From Octopus bimaculoides (taxonomy: Eukaryota), in the NCBI RefSeq assembly GCF_001194135.2, contig NC_069003.1:370061-434060 (forward strand): 64,000 nt of DNA, read 5' to 3'. The notes beneath the pieces were generated by a model. It had not been told where the DNA came from. It ran no database searches and was given only the letters and a program-made list of their open reading frames with translations. The stretch's first letter is position 1. Every line of letters begins with the position of its first letter. This document shows, piece after piece, positions 53,273 through 64,000 of the stretch. A program made the position numbers and the translations under genes.

Positions 53273-54216
53273 GTGCATGTGTGTGTATTTTTTGCCTCAA
53301 TAACATTGCTGTTGAAATAATCATACACATGAGAAAATTTCTGCTTTTCCAGAATAAACTCGATTGAAAGCTGGCTTTTTTTAAATATGTAAAATGAAAC
53401 AGCAAGAAATTTGTTATTTGTAATTAAAACACTTTTTTCCCACTAATCATAAATATTTCAAATTCTTTAATAGAGATAAATTAAATTCAGCTGTAGAAAA
53501 AAAAATGCCTTCTATAGAAAAAAAAGTCCTCTATAGGAAAGAAAAATCTTCAGGGGATCCATTTGTAAACACACAAAAGACCAAGTGTAATTGCAGCACT
53601 AGTTTGTGACAAAGCAAAACTTAAAGATGAATAGAGAATACATCTTTATGAAATAGAATTAACATAAAATTCTAATATTAAGTGAACATCAATTATTACC
53701 TTATAGGGAAACGAATGTGAAGGTGAGATAACTGAATGAATGAAATGTTCAAGTTAATTGCCTTTGTTTATCTTGTAGTGGGGAATAAGTACTTGACCAC
53801 ATGATGGAAACAACAGCAGCCCTTGAGAAATATATTCCATTTATTAGGCCACATTCATTAATATATATATGATATAGTCCATTGGTAAACCAGATAAGAG
53901 ATATTTTCCATTAATACACATTTGAAGATGAAACATTCAGTAGGTTTTCCAATGACTGATTGAGGGGTAGGGTTACATTTATTCCTCAAAATATTTGATT
54001 TCATCTTTGCTCTATTGCATCATTGCACACTAGGTTTTTGGTTTCTGTTGTAATATTTCTGGCAATAATATCCATTAATTCTCTTTCAAGTCTTTCCTTC
54101 AATGAATGTTAAATTCAATTCCTTTTTTTTTCCGTAGTAACATAAGGCATTGTCTGAAAGAGGTGTTAACTGCTTCAAAGGAACAGAAAAGTACATTGAA
54201 AATATAACAAATTTAC

Positions 54217-54297
54217 CTACATACTGTTTTAAATGACAGGAATATTTTCTTGTTGAGAAACTTACCTGCAAATAAAAGAAGAAGAAAAAGAACGTAA
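54217..54297 (-). other. Candidate recursive splice site RS-A with 41-nt (or 49-nt) cryptic exon
   Basis: Minus strand cttacgttctttttcttcttcttttatttgcag|GTAAGTTT (junction 54266|54265); downstream donors ACA|GTATGT after 54225 and TAG|GTAAAT after 54217. Confidence 0.7.
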
Positions 54298-54729
54298 GTA
54301 TTATTTGATATCAATGTTTTTAGATAATCAAAAAAATGATAATTTGAAAAACAGAAAAAATTTACAGTATGCATACATTCTGGAGCCAATCTCAACATCT
54401 GTAGCATTCAAGGATAGGCTCTGCTCCAGTGCGGACAAATACCATCAAAATGATCGATATACATAACCACACACACACACACACACACACACACATTAAT
54501 ATATGTGTACCAAAAACAGGTGATAATGATTGTGATGTTGCTGGTGCTGTTGTGTGTGTCTGTAATTATTAACATTATTTATTTTTTATTTTTTATATTT
54601 ATTCTAGTTCAGCCTAATTAAATCTAAAATAATCTAATATAAAAATTTAATTTGATTTTTTAGATTAAAAAAAACATATTAACATGTGTGTCAAAATGTG
54701 AAGTAGATAGAGAGAGAGAAAGGGAATGC

Positions 54730-54765
<36 letters not shown>

Positions 54766-55559
54766 ATGAAAGAATTGTACAGGACAAGTGTGAGGGACAG
54801 AAACAGCAAAAAGAGAAATGCAGAGAGAGAGAGGGGGGAGCGGAAAAAAAGAGATAAAGGTGGAGGTTGAGAAAGCAAGAAACATGTTGGGATGAGAGAA
54901 AGATGGAAAATGATGAAGAAGGAAAGAGAGAGAGAACCAGAGATGAGTTGAATTGTAATAATTATTTTTTTCCCTGTTGGTAACAATTATTGGTTGAAAA
55001 ACTTAAAAACTTCAAATACAAATGAAATAAAACTAGAATTACAATTTTACTTTTTCAGCCTACAAAGAATTTCTGCAATTTTACCTGCATATTAACTTAA
55101 TACGACAACTGCATCGTAATGTTGTTATATTCTGTATTATGCACAGGTAATATGGTGGCAGTGGTTGTTGGTGCATTTTCTTTAGAAATCTTCCAATGAT
55201 AAATGTAATTAATCGTTTGAAAAAAAAAGTTGAAATTCAATTTTTTCCTCATTGTTTGATGAAAAATGATAATAATGATATACATATATACACACACACA
55301 CACATACATTTTTTAATCAGCTGCAAAATTACAAAAAGACTCAATACCTGAGAATTTTGTGCATAGTGCTAATCAATCGATCACACACACACATACACAC
55401 AAAAGAGACCTGCTGTCCAGTCAACATCACTCGGACCAAGAACAGGAACACATCAACCAAATTTCTAATTATTTCAAAGGCATTTTAAATGACACTTCAA
55501 GTATATGTGTTTATGTATTTGCTATATGATATTTATGTACTCGTATATGTGTGAGTGTT

Positions 55560-55672
<113 letters not shown>

Positions 55673-55674
55673 CT

Positions 55675-56010
55675 TGTTGAGTGACTTGCCAGGACCAATG
55701 CAACTCTTCCACACCAGATGTGCTGACCTTTCCATAGCAGTCTTCATAGCCTCAACCTTGTTTTCTATCAAGTTGATCAATAATGCCTTGCTTGCTTTGG
55801 CAATATCTGTGTGTCCACATGTGGGTTTCCAGAGAAGGAGATCACTGAATATTTCTCCTATGCTTCTCCAGCAGAGTCCTGCATAATGTGTCCTTTCTCT
55901 GATTACTGAGGAGATGCCATACTGTTGCTATTCTGTAGAGTATTGCCACCAAGAGAGATTGAAAACTGCACATAACATTCTTGTAAGTATGGACTGGTAT
56001 GCCTAAACAC
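55675..56010 (-). mobile_element. C-terminus of a second RTE-group LINE family
   Basis: TRMLCAVFNLSWWQ..SSVIRER..GEIFSDLLLWKPTCG..TAMERS (cf. TRMLRAxLNISW..IRERRLRFAGHCWR..SDVLLWxP). Confidence 0.7.
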
Positions 56011-56344
56011 TCATTTCCAAAAGAGGAAGAGAAAACAATGGACCTTCACTTATTCAAATGGCATGAAGGCAAAGCCTGATTACATATTGGAGGGAAAACC
56101 ATATAGCTCATTTGAAGGTTTTCTATAGATCACAAAATATCAACAGCAAAAATATATTTGAACATCTCAACAAAAAAGAAAACATTGCCATTATTTCATA
56201 TGGTTTGATTTTGTGCATGCACATTGTTTGTTTTTGATTTTGTAGACTACACAGTATAGTAGGGTCAGTTGGGCACTGTCTGGGAGAAAAACAGCACCAT
56301 GACGCAATTCACTCTGCCAGAAATTTGTAAATTACATGTTGTAC

Positions 56345-56737
56345 TGCTTGGCATTTGTGCCAGAAGCTCCAGTATGATCAATCCATAATTTCAGGTTTAG
56401 TCCCTCTGTATGGGTAACTGGGCCATGTGTCTTCTGTTACAGTTCCATGCTGTCCAATGCCTTGGGAGTAAATTTAGCAGACAGAAATATTGCAAAAATC
56501 TGGGCACTCATGTGTGTGTGTGTGCGTGTGTGTGTGTTTTGAACCTGTGTTTGTCTCCCACCATTTGACAACTGGTGTTAGTTTGTTACGTCCTTGTAAT
56601 TTAGTGGCATGGCAAAAGAGACCAAGTGAATAAGTATCTGATTTAAACGATAGTACTGGGGTTCAAAGTTTTTGCGCTAAAACCCTTCTAGCAGTACTCC
56701 AGCATGGTTTCAGTTCAGTGACTGAAATGAGTAAAAA

Positions 56738-56740
<3 letters not shown>
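56345..56740 (+). mobile_element. Old full-length CORE-type SINE
   Basis: caggtttagtccc (B box), gggccatgtgtcttc (CORE), CA/GT tract, ccagcatgg..gtgactgaaatgagtaaaa end. Confidence 0.7.
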
Positions 56741-56778
<38 letters not shown>

Positions 56779-56781
56779 ACT

Positions 56782-56927
56782 GGCTTCTTTCAGTTCTCAT
56801 CCACTAATAAGGATTTGGTTGGCCCAAGACTGTAGAAGATGACACTTGCCCAAGGTGCCATGCAGTGGGACTGAACCTGAGCCATGTGGTTGGCAAGTAA
56901 ACTTCTTAGCCAAACAAGCATGCCTGC
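56782..56927 (-). mobile_element. 5' half of CORE-type SINE, inverted relative to its neighbour
   Basis: Minus strand ccaaccacatggctcaggttcagtcccactgcatggcaccttgggcaagtg..gagaactgaaagaagcc. Confidence 0.8.
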
Positions 56928-57350
56928 TCTATACATAATGCAAATATATATTCGCACAATATGCACATGTCCACTCACAAACACCCATGTGAATCAAAGG
57001 CCACACTAAACAATTCTCCATGCTTACATTACAATTGCAAGCACAGAAACAGGCAAATTTGTAAGCATACGTATATATATACTTACAGAAATATATATAT
57101 ACAACAACAATGTAGATATATATATATGAATAGAAACAACATGCACGTATCATCCGCTCACACACATGCACGAGCATTTACTCTCAAAACTTCAATAAGT
57201 TTCCATACACTTGTGAACTCAGTGATTCGCTATCACATAAACACATTTACACACTCACATACGCAACCTAACACACACACAAACGTAACTACACAACATA
57301 CCATAGCTGTGACTGTACCAAGTAACATTTGCCTTTAGCTCTACAAATAT

Positions 57351-57388
<38 letters not shown>

Positions 57389-57499
57389 AAAGAAAACAAA
57401 AACAAAACAAAACATATACACACTCATACAGACAAGCATACAGTTGCATACACTATGGAAAGATGCATAAACACATACATTGATACATAGATACAACCC

Positions 57500-57534
<35 letters not shown>

Positions 57535-57917
57535 GTCAAAAATATCATCATCATCCATGATATGTGTAGAAATAGAAAGACATATACTCAGAATGAAACA
57601 CAAACAACACAAACAACACAATAAGACACACAAGAAATCAATAATGCACACACACACACACACACACAAAGAGAATCAATATGATACACAATACACGCAC
57701 AGCCAAACTTTCTCCCTATTTCTTACATACTTACAAACACACATATATACACACAGAGAGAATCAATATCACTCAGACACATAAAATCAATAAGACACAG
57801 GCACACATACAGGATCAATATGGCAGACACACACGCACAGACAAAAATTATTACCTCTCAGAGACAAACACAATAACACTCAACTAGAGAATCAATAACA
57901 CAAACACACACATACAA

Positions 57918-57952
<35 letters not shown>

Positions 57953-58314
57953 GGCACAATCAATAACTTACATACAGCAGCCATATTCCATATTGTACCT
58001 TTGATACACACTCAAATGTATAGAAACATATACACAGACATGCACATCAAACACACACATAAAAACATAGAATTCAAAGAAAGTGAAAACTTTACTACAT
58101 ACAGACACACAAAAATGAAGAAACTATTCCATAAGAGATTCTAATCGATGACTTAACACAGCCTCACTGTTCAATCACACACACACACACACACACCTAT
58201 ATACACATATGCAGTAATATAGCAAGGGAGGGGGGTCCATTCCCCAAGAGTGTCAAACCAATCCCTCCACATACCCCACACACATACATACACACTCATG
58301 TGGAAGAAATGGAG

Positions 58315-58350
<36 letters not shown>

Positions 58351-58476
58351 NNNNNNNNNNNNNNNNNNNNNNNNNNNNNNNNNNNNNNNNNNNNNNNNNN
58401 NNNNNNNNNNNNNNNNNNNNNNNNNNNNNNNNNNNNNNNNNNNNNNNNNNNNNNNNNNNNNNNNNNNNNNNNNNNN

Positions 58477-58532
<56 letters not shown>

Positions 58533-59184
58533 CTCACTGTTATATTAAATAATGCACCATTAAATAGACACAGTCACCATACATAGCAAGATAGACACTA
58601 TGTATAGGGAGAGACAGGATATAAAGAGAGTGAGGGAGAGAGAGAATGGGAGAATGGGGAAAGAAGTGGGGGAGGCAATTTCAGAAGGGTGTCTAATGGA
58701 TGACTTCAACAGAAATGAATGTGATGCCAATATGTCTTTTAATCATCTTCAGCATTTGTCACAGTGAATGGAGAGGCTGCAGATAACTTATTACTTTTCT
58801 TTCGTTAGAGATGAAGGAAAGAAGTGAAGAGGGAAAAGAAGAAAAGAAAGAGACAGAAGAGAGAATTTGTGGAGATGGAACAGGAAAGAGAAAAGAAAGA
58901 GAAAGCAAAAAGAAAAGAAGAAAGAGAGAAGAAAGAGGAAAAATAAAGTAATGCTGAAAAGAGAAAGAAGGAGAAATGATGACATATATGGAGGATCTGA
59001 TAAAAATATTTGAAATGATTTTCTTTTCTCATGACTAGGCACAAATCCTTTGGTGCTGAGATAATGTGGTGTAGAGGCTATCATGCACTGACACATGTGT
59101 GATTATGTGTGTGTGTTTTAAGTGTAAGTTAGTCACTGATACTGAACTGAGAACATCAATTACATGATGATGATGATGATGATA

Positions 59185-59397
59185 ATAATAATAATAATAA
59201 TAATCTTTTCTGCTACTGGCACAAGGCCTCAAATTTGGGTGAAGGGATTAAGTCGATTACATCGACCACAGTGCGTAACTGGTACTTATTTAATTGACCC
59301 CGAAAGGACGAAAGGCAAAGTCGATCTCGGCGGAATTTGAACTCAGAATGTAGACACAGACAAAACATCACTCAACATTTTACCCGACATGCTAACA
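59185..59397 (-). mobile_element. Second tRNA-SINE family, near complete, (ATT)n tail
   Basis: Minus strand gttagcatgtcggg..ctgagttcaaattccgccgagatcgactttgcctttcgtcctttcggggtc..ggccttgtgcc..gattattatt. Confidence 0.85.
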
Positions 59398-59400
59398 GTG

Positions 59401-59464
<64 letters not shown>

Positions 59465-60225
59465 TTTCTTTATTGATCACAGAGTGTTTACATTAAGAAA
59501 AACCTTTTGGACGTAACGGGACAAAATAAAGAATGTGTGTATGTGATGTTGTAAGGGGTTTGCATGTAAACAGGTTTAGCATAATGGAAAAGAAAACAAT
59601 TTTAACACTGTATAAATTCACAATAGGGAGGAGACATTTGAGGGCTGCTTATTGAAAAACTCCATGACTTCTGACTTAGCTCCCTTTTCCCATTTTCTTT
59701 ACTCTGGTTGCAGGTGTATGCTCAGGGCATGCACGTTCACTTGCACCATTCTTGCCACTCACATCCACCTTTCAACAAAATGAATGGAAGGCAAAACTTC
59801 CCTCTTCAACCTTATTTTCCCCTTTAAGTGAAACCTGAAGAAGTTGACCAAAGAGAAAGGTCTTTGTCTTCAGCCCCTTTAATATCGTCCACCATACAAC
59901 CTCTTTCGCCATGGCCACCAGGCATATAAAGAGAACCTGCTCTTCCTGGTTAAAAAATGGTGAGGCAATCTTCCGACACATGGCAGCAGGTGTTTGACAT
60001 AAACCCACATGTCAACAATGCTCAGCAGGCATTGGATGAAGGCATGCAGGATGGTGTTGTCACCCTGTATGAATCTCGGGGATGACCAGGCCACCATGCA
60101 GATATAAACTGCCTGACCATCAGTGTATGTCCCTTCCAGAACAAGTGGAAGAGTATACACTCCAGTATAATCGGTTGGGGGCTGGGCCAAGGCACAACAG
60201 CCAAGCAGTAGTAGACACAATAATA
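59465..60225 (-). mobile_element. L1/Tx1-group LINE 3' end (ORF2 C-terminus with decayed zinc knuckle and 3'UTR)
   Basis: SPRFIQGDNTILHAFIQC..DMWVYVKHLL (decayed CxxC..H..C) and LVAMAKEVVWWTILKGLKT; 3'UTR runs to the (TAT)n tract at 59400-59462. Confidence 0.65.
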
Positions 60226-60359
60226 ATAATAATTATATGGTGGACATTTCAGTAATATGGAGGTGCACCTGATGTTCTGCTAAAATCACACACGTAAATG
60301 TTGACAATGTTGACTATAATAATAATGATAGTAATGATTTCTCACAGTGGCATATTGAT

Positions 60360-60515
60360 AAGCATGATATTACAATCCATGACCATCCCCTCTTTTATTC
60401 ATAGACACTACATAACCCATGTACCCTTCCCATTTTTAATACAGTAGTGTAAGAATTGATGGCGATTTGACTGTTGTTTATAGCAAATATACAACTGCAT
60501 AGAGGCTCCTGGATT
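60360..60515 (-). mobile_element. (AAC)n-tailed repeat family copy
   Basis: caatccatgaccatcccctc..tttttaatacagtagtgtaag..gatttgactgttgtttatagca..catagaggctcc. Confidence 0.5.
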
Positions 60516-61544
60516 GGCTTCTTATATTAATAATTTATGTTGGTACAAAACCTATAATTTTGTTTTGGTTTGTTTTGTTTTTTTTGTACTTGACTTGATC
60601 CCAACATTTATTCTCTGACACTCCTTCAGAGGTAATTAGGGAGCCTTTACAATATCTCCCTCAAATCACACCATGCGATTGTTTTGAAAAAGAAAGGATA
60701 TCTGGCAATGCAGTTGAAGATACAAAGAACATGGAATGGTCACAACTGAAACATTCTTGTTCTTATTACAGTTGATGAAGGTGGGGATGATGATGAGGTG
60801 TGGTGATGGTGGTGGAGGTGGTGCTGCTGCTATCTGCATTTAAGAGGCTCATTTTAGGTTTTCTTCAAGTTTACTTAGTCTCTAGATGTCTATAATTTAT
60901 TAGGCTGTCTTTTTTTACTCCCTTTAATTTTACCGTTTACCATCCCAACAAATTCCTGAAATCAAGAGACACTGTTGTGGGATTCTGTTTGTCTACATGT
61001 GTGTAAAAGTTTGCATAAAACACACATACACACACACATAATAATAGATATGTGTACATACATCCAAAGTAAGAACTGAAAAATTGCATGTCAAGTGAGT
61101 ATGAATTCATAAATATAATATGTAGAAAGAATGAGAAAATGTGCACGTGCGTGTGTATTTATATATGTGTATATATATGTGTATATATATGTATATATAT
61201 CCATACACACACACACACAAAGTTAACAGTTCCCACATAGGTACGATCAACAAAAAAAGGTACCCCATCCAGTGAAAGATAAATATTTTTTTTGCTGTGG
61301 CACTGGCACTAGTAAGATGCAAGACAAAGAAAAAGCCTCTTGACTGAGTGGTAACATATTAGAAAAGGAGAGATTAGAATATGATAGGAGAGGAACAGAT
61401 GTCTTGCTGTAGAGGGAATACATGTCTACCCAGCAATATAGAAGATGGTAATAGATGAAAAGAAGGATAAAGATGGTGGGGGCAATGTATCAGGGCATAC
61501 TCTCAAAGTATAATAAGCTGAGTATAAGAGAGAACAGGTCATAC

Positions 61545-61780
61545 ATGATCTCACAGAGGCAATGATTAGTGACCAAGACCTTTGGCGATATGCTGTGCTT
61601 GAGAAGGCCCATCAAGCCAAGTAAAATCATTGACGTGGCTGATGCTGGTGTCATGTAACTGGCACCGATGCTGGTGGCACGTAAAAATACCTTTTTGAGT
61701 ATTGGGCCTCACAGAGGTGCAGTGGCCTATGCCAGTAGCACGTGGAAAGCTCCTTTTGAGTGTTGGGCCTCACATGTACC
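61545..61780 (+). mobile_element. RTE ORF2 end and start of modular 3'UTR
   Basis: LTEAMISDQDLWRYAVLEKAHQAK* followed by repeated tgctggtggcacgtaaaa..ttttgagtrttgggcctcac modules. Confidence 0.8.
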
Positions 61781-61789
61781 TCCTCTATC

Positions 61790-62285
61790 GCAGGGCACCT
61801 ATTTCTGCCTCTCTATTTCTCTGTCGCACTCTAAACCTTCATCATCAGATACTGGGTCACCTTCTCCAATGTTCCTTCCGTTATAGCGAGACACCTATTT
61901 CTGCCTCTCTGTCCCCCTCCAACCTTTCATCCTCTCACACAAATTCTCCTCCTCTAATGTCCCTGCCTCTCTCATAATTCCTTGTCTTGTGAATTACTTG
62001 GTGACCCTGTAAAAAGCATCCAGTCGACACTGTAAAGTGGTTGGCATTTGGAGGGGCATCCAATCGTAAGAATCATGCCAAGACTAACATTGCCTGTGCT
62101 AGTGCCATGTAAAAAGCACTGGGTCCACTCTGCAGAGTGGTTGGTGTGAGGAAGGGCATCGAGCTGTAAAAAAACCTTCCAAAATAGACACAGTAGTGTA
62201 GGGTAGTTTTCTACCTGGCTGGTTCCTCTCAACCATCCTACCCATGCATGCATGGAATATGGATGGTAAACGATAATGATATATA
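61790..62285 (+). mobile_element. RTE-related 3' element with duplicated modules and gat tail
   Basis: Colinear with 26455-26890; two gtaaaaagca..ctgtaaagtgg/ctgcagagtgg..gggcatc modules; ends gatggtaaacgataatgat. Confidence 0.7.
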
Positions 62286-62744
62286 TATAGATATGGATAA
62301 ACACACATTTTTATAACATCTGTTAGCCTGGCCATCCTAGTAATATACACCAACACAGATATACAAACTCTTGCATACAACTATGAAGTTCTCTCATACA
62401 ATTACAAATATGCATGTGTGTGTGTGTGTGTGTGCGTGTGTGTGTGTGTGTGTGCATGCTGTAAGTGTTTGAGAGTATGTTAATCACATTTCCTCAATGC
62501 AGTGATGATGACAATAGCTTAAAAACATCAACACCATAATGATGACAATAACACAAAGCCCGTCTCATTGTAGGAGCAATAATAATAGATGATGACGGTG
62601 ATGAGAATGATGATGATGATGGCATAATAGTAAGGATGATGATGATCTTAACAGTTATAATGACAGCGATGATATCATTGGTGTAATCAATTCTAAGGGA
62701 AAGGAAAAAAATCTGAATCTGCAATGAATGAAATACACACACAC

Positions 62745-62815
<71 letters not shown>

Positions 62816-63691
62816 AAACATTTCTTTTAAAAAGAGAGACATCCTCTTTTTTTAAGCATAGTATTTTGTTGTTGTTGCTATTGTTGTTGATTAAGGAGTT
62901 TAATTACAAGTTTTTCTTCTTAGCTGGCAGCAACATACTCATCCCCTTCCTCTGCAGACATCATTAAACCCTATCATCACCACCCAGTACAAAGTACCCC
63001 ACCAACACATGCTACCACCATGAAAAATAACAAAACAAAAACAAAAAAAGAAAAGTAAAAGGTTCACATTCATTGTACCCCCATTTTTCTCATTTACTTT
63101 CCTTGTCTTTCCTCTTTATCATTGCACATCCCTCTTCCTAGCTTCCCTTTTAGCATTCATTGTAAAAAGAAAACTACAAACAACAACAATTACTGACAAA
63201 AAAAAAAAAAAAGAATACAGTTGGCAGGAGTAAAATGTCTTTATTTTTTAACTTTCCTTTCAAATAATACCAGGCTTCCGCCACCACCCTAGCGCTAGAT
63301 GTAACTCTCTATCCATTACTTCTTCTCTTTCACACATATCCACACACACAAGCTAAGGTAGATAGATAGATAGATAGAGAGAGAAAGAGAGAGAAAGGGG
63401 GAGGGAGAGAGAGAGAAGACTACATTTGGTGTGTTTCTTGCTTAGTTTTGTTTGATGCATTTTGCTAATACAATATTACTAATACAAGTGATGAGGGAAA
63501 AGGAAGAGGATGCTGAATGAATGACAAGACGTTTTGCTGTGCCTCAGTCTTGAAAGAAAAACTGGATAGCTGTGTGTGTGTGTGTGTGTACGCATGTGTT
63601 TCATCTTTATCCATTTATTTTTTTTCTTGAGTGCAGAGGCGTTTTTTTTTTTCATAGGAGCAAAAAGGAACTGAAAGAATACACACACATA

Positions 63692-63732
<41 letters not shown>

Positions 63733-64000
63733 CAGTAGAAATAGTAGATAACAATAGAGAGACTGACACCAAGCTAGGGGGAGGTAGAAAAGAGTCAAAG
63801 GAGGAGAGAAGATTAGAAGTAGACAAGGAAAAAAAGAGACAGAACGAATTGAATATAAAGAGATGACATATAATGAAGGGGGGGGGGGATGGGAAAGAGT
63901 TCCATGTGTGATAGAGTCTGCAACTATGCAATTAGTATTTTTATTTCATATCTTGTGCACTAATTATATACATACTTTATATATTGTTATTGAAACATAG

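Noticed and set aside
55075-55105. Minus-strand atatgcag|GTAAAA (55085|55084); similar weak hits at about 41785 and 24055
   Set aside because: No real pyrimidine tract, and donors are non-consensus.

Overview
AT-rich, microsatellite-dense metazoan DNA with many N-gaps. The repeat content (CORE-type OR-like tRNA-SINEs, RTE LINEs with (GAT)n tails, TTAA MITEs) points to a coleoid cephalopod, most likely Octopus; this is inferred, not database-checked. I find no credible host protein-coding exon in the 64 kb. Nearly all ORF-track entries are microsatellite or N-gap artefacts, and the rest are decayed transposons (RTE, CR1/Jockey-like, L1/Tx1, R4-like, Helitron helicase, mariner, a probable solo LTR). 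The main signal is on the minus strand: three unrelated, non-repeat sites (junctions 54266|54265, 33669|33668, 7923|7922) each read branch-like motif, long pyrimidine tract, CAG|GTAAGTTT. Each is thus a full 3' splice site fused to a perfect 5' splice site. Each is followed 41-43 nt later by a second donor, and they are spaced about 21 and 26 kb apart. This matches recursive-splicing ratchet points with short cryptic exons as known from Drosophila, suggesting the window lies in one giant minus-strand intron removed stepwise. Secondary observations: a minimal hammerhead-like motif in a TA-embedded repeat, a 34-bp perfect fold-back at a LINE 5' junction, a PHD finger inside an RTE reverse transcriptase, and an RTE C-terminus with three C2H2-type fingers.
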